Virus record (IMG/VR): IMGVR_UViG_3300042348_000322
Span: 1-41,626 of that record
Strand: one strand, 5' to 3'
DNA from: a virus
Taxonomy: Duplodnaviria; Caudoviricetes
DNA length: 41,626 nucleotides
In this document: positions 9,001 to 17,308 of the stretch, in pieces
Layout: every line of letters starts with the position of its first letter
Numbering within the stretch: position 1 is the first letter of the stretch
Program-made: the position numbers and the translations under genes
The notes under the pieces: generated by a model
What the model was told of the DNA's origin: nothing
What the model saw: the letters and a program-made list of their open reading frames with translations, nothing else
Databases searched by the model: none

Positions 9001-10700
9001 TGAACCCAACCGACACTGGAAAATGGGTGTCGTACTTTTCAAACATTGGGTTTATCTATTACTTGACGTCTATCGGCTCAGCCGTCGTTAACGTGATGGG
9101 CGGCGCAATGATTGGCGTGCCAACGCTCATTGGACAACAAGTCCGTGCAAACCCCAAGATGGGTTACACAGAAGCAACGGCTCGCGTGCTGTACAACACG
9201 TCAAAAACAATGGCGCAAATTATGCTCACTGGATTTGATGTGCAGGCGGGCGGGCGCGTTCTGGATTCAAAACTGTTGTCTCCTTCGTTGGATAGATCAA
9301 AAAGTTTGTCCGCAGTAGATAGGGCCGCATATAACCGGTTTGTTGCTGATGGACTGATTGATATAACGGCTGCGTATGACCAATCAGGTTTGGCGTCCAG
9401 CCCAACCTCTGAATACAACAGCATCCCCAACAAAGCTATGCAAGTTGTAGCTTACGCTTTTCACCACGCAGAGCGGTTCAACCGCGAGATTATTGCAATG
9501 TCTGCGTTCCGATCTGCAATGGAGAAACGAGCCAACTATCCAAACCAACAGCAGGCGTTTGCTGAATCAATTGCGGAAGCAAAAGACTTGACCGCCCGCT
9601 CTATGTTTGATTACTCCGAGGCCAACAAGCCCCGCTTTTTGCAAAACGCAGTCGCAAAAATTATTCTCCAATTCAAACAGTTTCCACAGCAGATGACTTG
9701 GTTCTTGGCAAACAGCGCTTGGAATTCGTTTGGTAATTTGCCAGAAGCAGAAAAACGTGAAGCCCGCGCCCGGTTTGTTGGCACGATGGGTATGGCGGCT
9801 ATCTTCTCTGGAGTCACTGGTCTCTGGGGATTCTCAACTGTGGCTGCTATCGTTAACGCCGTAGCCCAAGCAACAGCGGGTGACGACGATGAGCCGTTTG
9901 ATTTTGAGCTTGAGTTTGCAAACTGGGCGGTCAATACGTTTGGTAAGAACATGGGTACTATGCTGTCACGCGGTATGGGTAACGCTGCTGGTATTGATCT
10001 GCACAGCCGTTTGTCTTTAGATGGTATGTGGTTCCGTGATGGTCGCCAAAACCAAGATGCCGTAAGCGCGGTTGAGTCTTATATGGTTGGATTACTTGGG
10101 CCAACGGTTGGTGGTCTCCCCGTGACTGCTGCTCGTGTATATGACCTGTACAACAAAGGTCATGGAGATCGTGCGCTTGAAGCCGCGCTACCCGGATTTG
10201 CTAAGCAACCTATGATTGCTTACAGGTATTCGCAGGAGGGCGCAAAAACTTTGCAAGGTGACATCATGAAGAAGGAGTTCACTCCTTTTGAATTGATGAT
10301 GCAGTCTTTAGGTATCCGGCCCGCTGACCTTGCAGAAATCCAATTCCGTAACATCAAAGTCAAAGGCCAAGAGCAAGCAATCATAAAGAAACGTCAAAAC
10401 ATGTTGAACATTTTTGCATTGACTTTCATGGCCAATGACCCCAAAGGTAATCAGGAAGCCTTTGACAAGATCATGAAGTTCAACAAGAAATACCCGTCAA
10501 TGGCTATTGATGCTGATGGAATGATTAACTCCATAGCTGGCAAACTGGAGAAGTCTGCACAAACTGATCACGGTTTGTATGTAGACCCCAAACTGCAATA
10601 CTTGTTTAAGGACACATATATTAAGAAGCTGACTGAGAAAGAGCCAGAGGGCCCGTGGAACAAATACAAAACGCCTGCAATGGAAACCGCCGAAGAATAA
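3006..10700 (+). CDS. Large polyvalent internal virion protein with GNAT-like and zincin-like (HExxH) metallopeptidase domains
   Basis: 2564-aa ORF. RNKGAGTRLL...WYARNGF resembles GNAT acetyl-CoA-binding motifs. LLHESLHAA followed by HEFVSEAMTNP is a zincin pattern. Helical C-terminal region with a hydrophobic segment. Last gene of the virion block. Confidence 0.7.
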   Translation: MATGPWDQYKSGPTKGPWDQYAAAQEQEQVATQKPETAQESTSNPFAGMIGQAASLTGAGIEAVAEVAERVGDKLELAVPLSDISPEDIKSKKQLQPLFDWAKSLKDFDESIGYQPSTQLKDLGTNPLNAVPFIAERVITSAPDMVAAVAVLPAYVMARTKQILDERVKNDEKTLDDATVGDVTAAATAAVIESTLERFATKGLFKPTTAKTGTGRVAKETGIQAGTEVAEEEAAYLGEAAGTKKGLSGEEALTRGAEAAIVGGGLGATVQGTKELLAPKTPPTTEQERQTILDTLAGDMQEPADLFADQEGQQAAPKSQVDRYKQRADEALRTSAQSAKYGDVDQTLPSSNEPPGLFTDVDTGAATTATSSAPAVRAPAAPAQSLEAYSDFVRQYTELRDEYNSLPSGQIDQAGMNLRKTIQKNLAEVVDANMGLIRSKGVANQLKNPVFDGSQVLARLEPNVGQPRAMQGNLFGTFQAATRLATNAMALSGQNPDGAIQELENKRARMQEKVDSGGYTDAEVISRRPAGMTSGQALKNRDSILQRLLQETNAEIDHAIDIVQKRTGQPRAMQGKLFGQPEGQPDVGTEKAENIEDVFNAANAAELNKSRMRATEKSKKIEAANRGRNQQAGASMTASERVALFKSERKRVEGELAKARAELTRLQSLAARPAGEIGYRPTSEDIRAVTDTINGYERTLQGVREQLQDAEADFDNGIETPTPRQRQEIQRVDLTAEQEQLFDTENFEDNAVEVTERKAAPIVDERGAIVPSSKKGENPIASAGFKTLDEDNNISDNLVGATFITGMDVSARNKGAGTRLLNAITNWADTNGKTLVLVPSANPDPELGGLSQKQLKAWYARNGFEDRVDYMVRVPTEERTQETEKIQETKPAEIVREGKKPPEKSVKAPATDTEHIVQTEEGGKIKGFFDSILPASSSPAEQERHGNSKNTAAETMLEFDIARPGETTSAGSQKMLDYLARRVGGQEKLNKLLAALQNASPDEQSRLLKNAGLPDLTTRRGMDEFSSQVQEYVDQMVATGEGPLYNIRTSKMRPSQVTGTKLPYQETITTAVTVTQRYDTPLGEKPRRPSQGIKEIVRDINDNKLRAAALVLKQMTGKISPQAQAAITYLTNLNRSTFGDALRDLAFDLAYFELDPKYYGAGSTFYKEGGKYAQDFRAWIETNLDASTVALLDELIAEHKQNAAEAEKFENAITAYNQLLEIAAEKNRKKAEGQGAKLPKAPRRKRTAKERLATMQEEAETEAGEGEETLEPFTEADTRNLPTVEMLTEVHPAIRRLLMDGDTHGALELLAQVKNNKYYAELAQRILDTGFTAETRLIDPDTIKSLSNDPKVTESLNERLDALRDLVETLFPQEQQASIISDLKSGKLRNLLYALETMQGTLEKNGGTESNQQLLDSVIDLVNREFVWIGKYEPASDIIVMRQGVGQLTNHLLLHESLHAAASHLLDNPNRLVGIQRQGYDRLNELFQYSKGLLEQKGITSDTVYGLQDLHEFVSEAMTNPELQALLRSIRYKAAPFSLWNRFTDSVSKLFNVKPGEPSNVMVEVMFAADAMMAGTMSLEGMQGSSTPRAMATKGPRRRTTVPPGMPNQPSTIRRWMMADTWTSGKMREIRSMNAGARKAYLGMLTLRQINDLVGGRIGQIGNFINVTEKFLARKSQILKESGDIAQKWERLQAADPEMSRKLGVVMHSATILEIDPDKATLAQRTNNAKLMNDWRALNPEAKTIYREVRNFYERRYSQYKRLMNRRIIQMRQLGVSEATITEIRNEFEKGKRAGPYFPLMRFGRFWYQVGKGQNREYYMFESEAARDMHRDERLKRDPHLGSTIGQNIGNDYQQQMDFHARESAFLKSAFAGVDSMDMTGLTPAEADKRRTELKDNLYQTYLANQPDRSMRNAFVHRNSIAGYSEDALRSFASSSFSMAYQMSRFEYSPEMFSQLDAARAQIKGRFTPGAAFDPALVRENDELRDYVGEIDRRLAGMLNPTDTGKWVSYFSNIGFIYYLTSIGSAVVNVMGGAMIGVPTLIGQQVRANPKMGYTEATARVLYNTSKTMAQIMLTGFDVQAGGRVLDSKLLSPSLDRSKSLSAVDRAAYNRFVADGLIDITAAYDQSGLASSPTSEYNSIPNKAMQVVAYAFHHAERFNREIIAMSAFRSAMEKRANYPNQQQAFAESIAEAKDLTARSMFDYSEANKPRFLQNAVAKIILQFKQFPQQMTWFLANSAWNSFGNLPEAEKREARARFVGTMGMAAIFSGVTGLWGFSTVAAIVNAVAQATAGDDDEPFDFELEFANWAVNTFGKNMGTMLSRGMGNAAGIDLHSRLSLDGMWFRDGRQNQDAVSAVESYMVGLLGPTVGGLPVTAARVYDLYNKGHGDRALEAALPGFAKQPMIAYRYSQEGAKTLQGDIMKKEFTPFELMMQSLGIRPADLAEIQFRNIKVKGQEQAIIKKRQNMLNIFALTFMANDPKGNQEAFDKIMKFNKKYPSMAIDADGMINSIAGKLEKSAQTDHGLYVDPKLQYLFKDTYIKKLTEKEPEGPWNKYKTPAMETAEE

Positions 10701-10727
10701 AAAACGCCCCGCTTTTTACGGCGGGGC
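10699..10727 (-). terminator. Intrinsic terminator between convergent operons
   Basis: Stem GCCCCGC (10706-10712) / GCGGGGC (10721-10727). T-tract on the minus strand. Lies at the junction of the + and - gene blocks. Confidence 0.75.
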
Positions 10728-10748
10728 TAAGATCAAAGGAGAGAGCAA

Positions 10749-10970
10749 CTACAAGTTGCGCTTTGATTGTACGCGCTTAACCCGCCACACGCGCAAACCC
10801 CTCACTCCATCTTCTATTACTAACTTAATGATTGTCGCGTAGCCCAGACGTTTCATCTTTTGTTCTACACGCTCACGGGCTTTTACATCATCTAGGCACG
10901 GGACAAAGAACGAACTCCCGATTCTGAACTTGTCCCACGCCAGTTGATATGTGACCCCATCAATCTTCAT
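10749..10970 (-). CDS. Small hypothetical protein
   Basis: 73 aa from ATG 10970, overlapping the end of the primase gene. IGSSFFVP...GLRVWR pattern seen in small phage proteins that follow primase-helicase genes. Confidence 0.7.
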   Translation of the reverse strand: MKIDGVTYQLAWDKFRIGSSFFVPCLDDVKARERVEQKMKRLGYATIIKLVIEDGVRGLRVWRVKRVQSKRNL

Positions 10971-13797
10971 CGCCCTGAGTGGCAAAGTTAAAGTCAACGC
11001 CCAGCAAATCTGAATCAAACTCTAAAGCTACAACAGGTGGAGCGCTGATGTCCGTGCCAATATCCAACCGGGTGCGAACTTCCGCAATGAAGGCTCCGGT
11101 CTTGTTCAAGCCAGACAGCAGGTCGTTGAACGTGACTTGTTTGAGAACGCAGAAGTTTTTCAACTCCTGACGGATGATGTATATACGGCGCGTATCTGGC
11201 TCGTGTCTCACAACCAACGGGCCACGGGGCATAACCAGCGGAGTGGAAGCAATACCAGACTTGGAGCTGCTGAACTTGTTTACCACCAGAATGTTCAAGT
11301 TGTGCTTCAAAAGAAACTCGCCCACCACGGTGGCGTAATCGTTGAACGACAGCTTGGTGGCAGTCTGCATCTCTGAAACTTCAGCCACTGCCCAATCAAA
11401 CACGCGCTTGTGGTTGATCTCATGTAGGCCAAGCTTGCTGGCTATCAACGCGCCCGTCAGGTTGGCCCCTGCCATTGCTGACCAAAACCTCTCCCGTGTA
11501 TCAATGTTGACCGCCTTGTCAAACCGAGCCTGTACCTTCAACGCTGTGTCCACCACCTCTTCCAGATTCTGTACAAGGTACTGTGCATATGGCTGGCCAG
11601 CCAGCCCGTAGTTGCTGTTCAGTCGGCCAAAGATATGCTTGGCCGTGGCTTTGTCTAGGTTGTTGGTTGGGTCAATCTTGTACTGCATCAACCGCATCAA
11701 CTCACCCTCGGACGTGGACTTCAAGGACTCCAGCTTGTCGGTCATACTGGAGTTGGACGTGGCCACCATCATGGTCGCCCAGAATCCTTGGGACTCACGC
11801 TCTTCGTTTGTGGACGCTTTCATGCGGCGGCGCGGAGCACCTTGGGTTACGCTGTAGGCCATGTCGGAGAAGTCGTCGCCGCTCATCTTGGTGATCTCGT
11901 CCACCCCCAGCGGCAGGTTACACATCACGGCCATGCGATGCAGCTTCACGTTCAGCGTATCCCGCCATTGAATCATCAGCTCGTCGGGGTGTCCCCACAC
12001 GCTGTTCATAACCTGAAGTATGGTTGACTTGCCTGTTCCAGATTTATTATTTATAAGGTTAATGATGCCGCCCTTGACGCCCATGAACTTGATGAGGGGC
12101 GCACCAAACGCTGAGAACACGGCGAAGGCGTGGGGCTCAAACCCGGGCATGTTGTAGACGTTGATGATTTCCTTCCACTCATCGAGCGACCCAATCGGGC
12201 GCAGGGCATGGGCAATGTCCCTCGTTGCCTTGGATGGTGGGCTGTACTTCACATAGCTTGCCCCAATCTCCCTGTTACCCAGAATGAACTTCTCGTCGTC
12301 ATCGGCCCAACCAAATTGCAATCTCATCATCTCCACCTCTTGTGAAACTTGTAGTTCTTTTGCACACTGCATCAGGTAATCCAGAATTGATGCCATCTGA
12401 GTAGCTCCAGCAATAATCCCGTGGAAGGACACTACCTTGCGTAACTCGTCCTTACTCAGCGCATCTACCAGCGGCACAGGGAATTCCTTGGCTCCGTCCC
12501 TAGGGAGAACCCTACGTATCAGGATGGTCTCGCCCAGTGCGGGGTCATACATACGCTTGGTGACGAATAGGTCGTACTCGTAGATGAGGGCAACTGCTGG
12601 CCCATCGCCTTCCTCGTTCTCTTCCTTCAGATGTTTGTAGATGCCGCCGTTCTTCCCACGAAAGTAACGATTTGGTAGCTTTGGTACTACAAATTCAACG
12701 GGCTGTGGGTCGATGCTTGTGGTCTGGTACTCAATAACATCGCCTTCTTCTGATTTGGCGATCTCATGGCCAAGCACAATGGGCGATTTGATCTTGCCTC
12801 GGTGCGGGCAGTTACCACACACGCCGGGGACAAACGAGTCAAACGTGTCGCAGGTGTATGGGCCTTTGATCTGGCTGGCCTTGCGCTCAGTGGCCCGGGC
12901 GCTGTACCCCGGGTGATTCTTGGAAATCATGTGAATCGCCTTGTCGCGGTCTACGCAATGCTGAGCGATGGACAGCCCGGCCCGCCACAGCGGTTCTTCG
13001 GCGTTTTCCTGATCTTCAATCAACAGCTTGAGCTGCTCACAGCCTTGGCCGTCAGCAGTCTTCTTCATGATGGTGCGAAACCGTGACTGCTTATTACCAA
13101 TAACAGCTTTTGTGAAGTCGTCTAATTCCTTGGCGGCATATGGTTTCTTGGCGTCAACCAGCGGGCCCATGAGCGCGGCAAAGTCATCAAACGCTATCGG
13201 CTCAGACAGGTGCATAAGGACAACGTCATGCGGTGGCGTGTCCTTGAAGTTTTTTGTTCCCGGAATACGCAACACCCTTGCGGCATCCGCTGGTACGGCG
13301 GGGTCAACAATAAACTTGTGCTCAAGGCATTTGGCCTTGAATGTCTCGGCCACGGGTAGCCACTTGTCTTTGGGTACAGCCTCGGTCAGCGGCCAGTAGA
13401 CATGCCAGCCCCGGCCAGAATTCACAATGGTTGGGCGTGGGAGCTTGAGCGTCTTGCACAAGTCCTTGAGTGCTTGCAACCCAGTTGGCTGGTCAATGTA
13501 ACCCCTGATACGCCCACGCTTGTCAGGCTTGGCTTTATCCTCGCCGCAGTCGATATCCAAGAAAAACGACTGTAAGGAACCGCAATTGGATGCGTCTCGG
13601 TTTTCATCAGTAATGAACTTACCGCACCCAAAGAATACATCTACGCCGCTGGCCACCAGATGGTCGGCTTGTGCTTCTACTTCTTCTATTGTTTCGTGGT
13701 GGGTCTGTGAATAGTGTGAGCCATTCTTCAAACCAAGTACGCAGTAGAACCCTTCTTCTGAAGGGACAACTGCTTCAAGCAAACGAACATCCGCCAT
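10960..13797 (-). CDS. DNA primase (RepB/AEP-like)-helicase (DUF927, P-loop) fusion
   Basis: N-terminal LDID, SGRGWHVYW and RVLRIPGT primase motifs. Cys cluster CDTF..CGNCPH. FGW and Walker A SGTGKST, Walker B LGVDE. Start taken at ATG 13797 (ORF track gives 13812). Confidence 0.85.
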   Translation of the reverse strand: MADVRLLEAVVPSEEGFYCVLGLKNGSHYSQTHHETIEEVEAQADHLVASGVDVFFGCGKFITDENRDASNCGSLQSFFLDIDCGEDKAKPDKRGRIRGYIDQPTGLQALKDLCKTLKLPRPTIVNSGRGWHVYWPLTEAVPKDKWLPVAETFKAKCLEHKFIVDPAVPADAARVLRIPGTKNFKDTPPHDVVLMHLSEPIAFDDFAALMGPLVDAKKPYAAKELDDFTKAVIGNKQSRFRTIMKKTADGQGCEQLKLLIEDQENAEEPLWRAGLSIAQHCVDRDKAIHMISKNHPGYSARATERKASQIKGPYTCDTFDSFVPGVCGNCPHRGKIKSPIVLGHEIAKSEEGDVIEYQTTSIDPQPVEFVVPKLPNRYFRGKNGGIYKHLKEENEEGDGPAVALIYEYDLFVTKRMYDPALGETILIRRVLPRDGAKEFPVPLVDALSKDELRKVVSFHGIIAGATQMASILDYLMQCAKELQVSQEVEMMRLQFGWADDDEKFILGNREIGASYVKYSPPSKATRDIAHALRPIGSLDEWKEIINVYNMPGFEPHAFAVFSAFGAPLIKFMGVKGGIINLINNKSGTGKSTILQVMNSVWGHPDELMIQWRDTLNVKLHRMAVMCNLPLGVDEITKMSGDDFSDMAYSVTQGAPRRRMKASTNEERESQGFWATMMVATSNSSMTDKLESLKSTSEGELMRLMQYKIDPTNNLDKATAKHIFGRLNSNYGLAGQPYAQYLVQNLEEVVDTALKVQARFDKAVNIDTRERFWSAMAGANLTGALIASKLGLHEINHKRVFDWAVAEVSEMQTATKLSFNDYATVVGEFLLKHNLNILVVNKFSSSKSGIASTPLVMPRGPLVVRHEPDTRRIYIIRQELKNFCVLKQVTFNDLLSGLNKTGAFIAEVRTRLDIGTDISAPPVVALEFDSDLLGVDFNFATQGDED

Positions 13798-13823
13798 ATT
13801 GTGTCCAAGCACGTCAAGAGAAA

Positions 13824-13880
13824 GGGGGGCAACGGGGGCTGACGGATACCCCGTTCGCTCCGTCGAGCTAGTCGCCCCCC
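13824..13880 (-). promoter_or_regulatory. Structured intergenic element (long hairpin / H-type pseudoknot) upstream of the primase-helicase
   Basis: Minus strand reads GGGGGGCGAC...GACGGA GCG AACGGGG TA TCCGTC AGC CCCCGTT GCCCCCC TTTCTCTT, giving three complementary pairings. Confidence 0.6.
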
Positions 13881-13888
13881 GAAACGGT

Positions 13889-14113
13889 TTACTTCAAGTT
13901 CAAAAAAGTGGAGATGTGTTTCTGGTGATCTGTGCTGGGTGTATGAGTTCCGGAGAACCAGTTGTACACCGTCTGCCTAGTCACATTGAAAAGCACCATG
14001 ACATCAGTAACAGGGACATCGTGGGAGATGCAGTATCTTCCCAGACGAACACCTAAGTTCTTTATGCTTGCCGCTTTGTTGAGTTGAGCAACTCTCTGGC
14101 TGTACCCAATCAT
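13889..14113 (-). CDS. Small HTH (Cro/XRE-like) DNA-binding protein
   Basis: 74 aa with VTDVMVLFNVTRQTVYNWFSG helix-turn-helix signature. Confidence 0.8.
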   Translation of the reverse strand: MIGYSQRVAQLNKAASIKNLGVRLGRYCISHDVPVTDVMVLFNVTRQTVYNWFSGTHTPSTDHQKHISTFLNLK

Positions 14114-15000
14114 TTGTCGTCATCGCCCCACTCATCAACCATTGCAGACAGATTCTGCTTTGGTTTGGCCTCAGGTGCTTTCTTCTTCTCGACGCGCACA
14201 GTGGGCTCTTTAACTTCCTCGGTATCCTGCGCGTGCGCGGCGGCGGCAGAACCAGCAGGTGCAACCAGCTTTGGGATGGCAGGGGTTTCAGACTTCTTGG
14301 TGAAGTTCATCTTGCCCGCATTGATGGCAACCTGAGTCTGGCCTTGGGCTACCGCAACTTGATACGTGGGTTTATCAAGGAACTCGGAGTTGCTGAACAC
14401 CAACTTGGGGAAGTCGCTGTCAGTGTCAAAGGTCAGGCGGGTGGCCAGCATGTTCAGGTTGTAGCCAGAACTCGCAACGTACTTGGCGTATTGCAGGAAC
14501 GGCATATGATCAACATCGCCTGTGCCAAAGATACTCTTCTGGGGCAAGATCAATTGGAAAATGTCGCCGCCCACGTTGTTGCGCAGGACAACACCCAGAC
14601 GCCATGAGTAGCGGCAAGCCGCACGACCGGGGCCACCAGCACCTTTGATTGCTTGGGGGCAGTCTTTACAGATGGACGCTTGTGGGTTCTCAACATCTGC
14701 ATCGGGGCGTTCGCCATTGCTCGACCAGCAATCAGGGATTGAGGTCTCTTCGGAGTTGTACTCGGCGGCATAGTATGACTTCTGAACGCTTTTGCTACCG
14801 CTGACAATCACAACGTCCATGTGTGGGTCAGTGTTCTTGGCGATCTCTTTGCCGCCGTCAACCAGACGGAAGACACGCCCGCGCAGAGTGATACGTTTGA
14901 CGCTACCGCCAGAAGAAGTGAAGGCTTTGGTAAAGTCGTCCAACTCTACGTTTTGCAGGTGGGCAGGGAGGTTCTCGTTAAATGTTGTGATGTTGCTCAT
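14110..15000 (-). CDS. Putative single-stranded DNA-binding protein (Cys cluster, acidic tail)
   Basis: 296 aa in the replication cluster. C...CxxC...C cluster, low-complexity linker and acidic C-terminus DEWGDDDK. Confidence 0.6.
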   Translation of the reverse strand: MSNITTFNENLPAHLQNVELDDFTKAFTSSGGSVKRITLRGRVFRLVDGGKEIAKNTDPHMDVVIVSGSKSVQKSYYAAEYNSEETSIPDCWSSNGERPDADVENPQASICKDCPQAIKGAGGPGRAACRYSWRLGVVLRNNVGGDIFQLILPQKSIFGTGDVDHMPFLQYAKYVASSGYNLNMLATRLTFDTDSDFPKLVFSNSEFLDKPTYQVAVAQGQTQVAINAGKMNFTKKSETPAIPKLVAPAGSAAAAHAQDTEEVKEPTVRVEKKKAPEAKPKQNLSAMVDEWGDDDK

Positions 15001-15009
15001 TTTCTTTCC

Positions 15010-15426
15010 TTAGATTGCGGGTTTGCGTTTTACAGTGACAGCGTAACGGCTATCGACGTTGAGCCCCTCTGGGTACTCGTCTGGATGTTCTTCCAGAAAA
15101 TCTTTCATGTTGGTATCGTGGATGCGTTTGTGAAGCACTCCGTACGCTTTGTATTTATCAACCAGACGATACACAGCTTCCCAATTTGTTGGGTTGTATC
15201 GGCTGGATACGCGCTTGATTATGATTGCCCGATCAGTGGACATGCTGCTTGTCTCAGCCTTGTTCATGATCTGAATCAGCTTGTACTCTATTTCGGCAAG
15301 TTGATCAGCAAACACTTTGTCTGCATCATCAAACTTTTCTTTGAGTAGTTCACGCTCAGTTCTCACCCGAATATATTCAGCGGACAAGTCGTCTACTGAT
15401 TCGGTGGTAGCTACGCTCTCTTCCAT
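15010..15426 (-). CDS. Hypothetical protein (coiled-coil N-terminus)
   Basis: 138 aa with AAGGAG RBS, directly downstream of a consensus promoter. Confidence 0.8.
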   Translation of the reverse strand: MEESVATTESVDDLSAEYIRVRTERELLKEKFDDADKVFADQLAEIEYKLIQIMNKAETSSMSTDRAIIIKRVSSRYNPTNWEAVYRLVDKYKAYGVLHKRIHDTNMKDFLEEHPDEYPEGLNVDSRYAVTVKRKPAI

Positions 15427-15455
15427 TTGAAGCTCCTTTAGTTGTTGTGGGATTT

Positions 15456-15484
15456 ATTATATGGCCTCTACTAGACTTTGTCAA
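15456..15484 (-). promoter_or_regulatory. sigma70 promoter
   Basis: TTGACA-17 bp-TATAAT on the minus strand, perfect consensus. Confidence 0.85.
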
Positions 15485-16875
15485 GTATCTGCCAATTCTT
15501 TTTTGTAAAGATCGACCACTTTTTCGTGGTTCGTTATGTTGCTCTGTAACATGGTGTATAGCTTGCGCTCGATGGGGCTCCCTTCGATGTGCACTATGGT
15601 CATGTTGTTGCGCTGGCCCGGGCGATTGATACGGGCGTTGGCTTGCAGATACGTCTCTGTGGACGTGACAGGAGCGTACCAGATCACGACATTTGCCGCC
15701 GTCAGGGTAACCCCGTGTGCCGCCGCTTGTGGCTGTATCACAAGCACTCTTGGGTCTTTTGACTCTTGGAAGCTCTTGAATATCCTTGTACGCGCTTGTA
15801 CGGGAACATCGCCATTGATCACTTCACAAGTAATACCTTCCTTTGTAAGGTACTCGCTCAGTAATGTTATGGTGTGTTTGAATGGGGCAAACACCAGAAC
15901 TTTATGGCTGGCCTCTTCAATCACTTCTTTCACAGCATTTAGCCGGTTGGACACGTCAAATTGAACAACTGCGCCCGTGTCGCTGTAAACCGCCCCGCAG
16001 GAAATCTGGAGCAGCTTGTTCATCTTTGCCGCAGCATTGACCGAACTGACTTCTTCGCCCGCCGCCTCAAGCAACATCTGATCTTTGAGCATCTTGTAAT
16101 ACTTACTCTGAGATGGTGTTAGTGGTGCGTAGCGGCTGGTGTGAATGACATCAGGTAAATCAAGGCATTCTTCCTTGGTAAACCGGATCGCTGGCTGAAG
16201 CATGTCAAACACGATCTGCTCTGCGTGTGGGCGTGGAATCCAGCGGTACATGCTCATCTGTTGCATGACAGACTCGCGGTAGTCACCGAAGAACCTTGGT
16301 GCTCTCTGGGGGGCACACAACCGGCCAAGCCCGTACGCATCAAGCGGAGACTGAGAAGCAGGTGTGCCCGTCAATAACCACAAGCGGGTGTTCAATGGGG
16401 AAAACGACAAATTCACCAATTTGTTCATGAGTTTCCAGCGTTTGGTCTGGACGTTCTTGTACGCGTTGGCTTCGTCGATGACAATCAAATCAAAGCTACC
16501 GTTGTTCAGCAACTCGTCTGCAATGGTTGTCAATCCGTCGTAGTTGATGATTACAAACTGGGCTTTGCTCTTGATGATCTTCGCCCGCTTCTTGGCATCC
16601 CCATACGCCACATCTACAGATCGGTGCACAGCAAACTTGAACAAGTCAGCTTGCCATGCAGACTGCATGATTGATAACGGGCACACAATCAAAACACGTT
16701 TGACAATACCCGCATTCATTAGTTGGTCAGCGGCCCAAATCACTGAGGCTGTCTTACCTGTGCCCTGCTCGTTGAAGCAAAAGGCGCGGTGGTTGGCCAC
16801 GAGGAAGGATGCTGTTGCTCTCTGATGATCAAAAGGCTCAAACCCCATAGGGCGCGGCCATGTGTATTCTTGCAT
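15481..16875 (-). CDS. SNF2-family (SF2) helicase
   Basis: Walker A EQGTGKT, IVIDEA, LLTGTP, HGVTL, and QANARINRPGQ motif VI. Confidence 0.9.
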   Translation of the reverse strand: MQEYTWPRPMGFEPFDHQRATASFLVANHRAFCFNEQGTGKTASVIWAADQLMNAGIVKRVLIVCPLSIMQSAWQADLFKFAVHRSVDVAYGDAKKRAKIIKSKAQFVIINYDGLTTIADELLNNGSFDLIVIDEANAYKNVQTKRWKLMNKLVNLSFSPLNTRLWLLTGTPASQSPLDAYGLGRLCAPQRAPRFFGDYRESVMQQMSMYRWIPRPHAEQIVFDMLQPAIRFTKEECLDLPDVIHTSRYAPLTPSQSKYYKMLKDQMLLEAAGEEVSSVNAAAKMNKLLQISCGAVYSDTGAVVQFDVSNRLNAVKEVIEEASHKVLVFAPFKHTITLLSEYLTKEGITCEVINGDVPVQARTRIFKSFQESKDPRVLVIQPQAAAHGVTLTAANVVIWYAPVTSTETYLQANARINRPGQRNNMTIVHIEGSPIERKLYTMLQSNITNHEKVVDLYKKELADT

Positions 16876-16878
16876 TTT

Positions 16879-17133
16879 TTATTTCATTGATGAATCGGGG
16901 TTTCGTTTGAACGACCGATTTTTGCTGGGGGGTTCGAGTCTGACTCCGTCTTTGTTTGACCCGCCTTTAGATAAAGCTTTGACGTGTGCAACATCTTTTC
17001 CGTTGCGGTCAACGCCCTTGGCGTCAAGTTTTCTTCGGGCTCGTTGGCGCTCCATCCGGTCAGGCAACTCACCTCTTTGCTTTTGCTGTTCATATTCTTT
17101 TTTGTAGGGTCTGGATTTGTTCACGTAGGGCAT
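16879..17133 (-). CDS. Small HNH endonuclease
   Basis: DVAHVKALSKGGSN...NRS HNH signature. Confidence 0.75.
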   Translation of the reverse strand: MPYVNKSRPYKKEYEQQKQRGELPDRMERQRARRKLDAKGVDRNGKDVAHVKALSKGGSNKDGVRLEPPSKNRSFKRNPDSSMK

Positions 17134-17308
17134 TTTGTTTCTCCATGATGTGAATGATTGAAACGCGAGCTATACGAAGCTCCACAATGGCCAAGTTTAT
17201 TTGATCTATCGCTGGATTGAAATCCTCTTGTAGCAACAAATCGTGCGATGTTTTCATCGCCCGCTCTGCCATCATCAAAGGGCGAGCGTAATCAATTAGT
17301 TCTGTCAT
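17090..17308 (-). CDS. Hypothetical protein
   Basis: 72 aa from ATG 17308 (MTELIDY), with AAGG upstream. Tightly packed with neighbours. Confidence 0.65.
   Translation of the reverse strand: MTELIDYARPLMMAERAMKTSHDLLLQEDFNPAIDQINLAIVELRIARVSIIHIMEKQNALREQIQTLQKRI

Noticed and set aside
3006-10700. Giant ORF as a virion RNA polymerase (N4-like)
   Set aside because: I could not find single-subunit or DxDGD-type polymerase motifs, and early genes have host sigma70 promoters.
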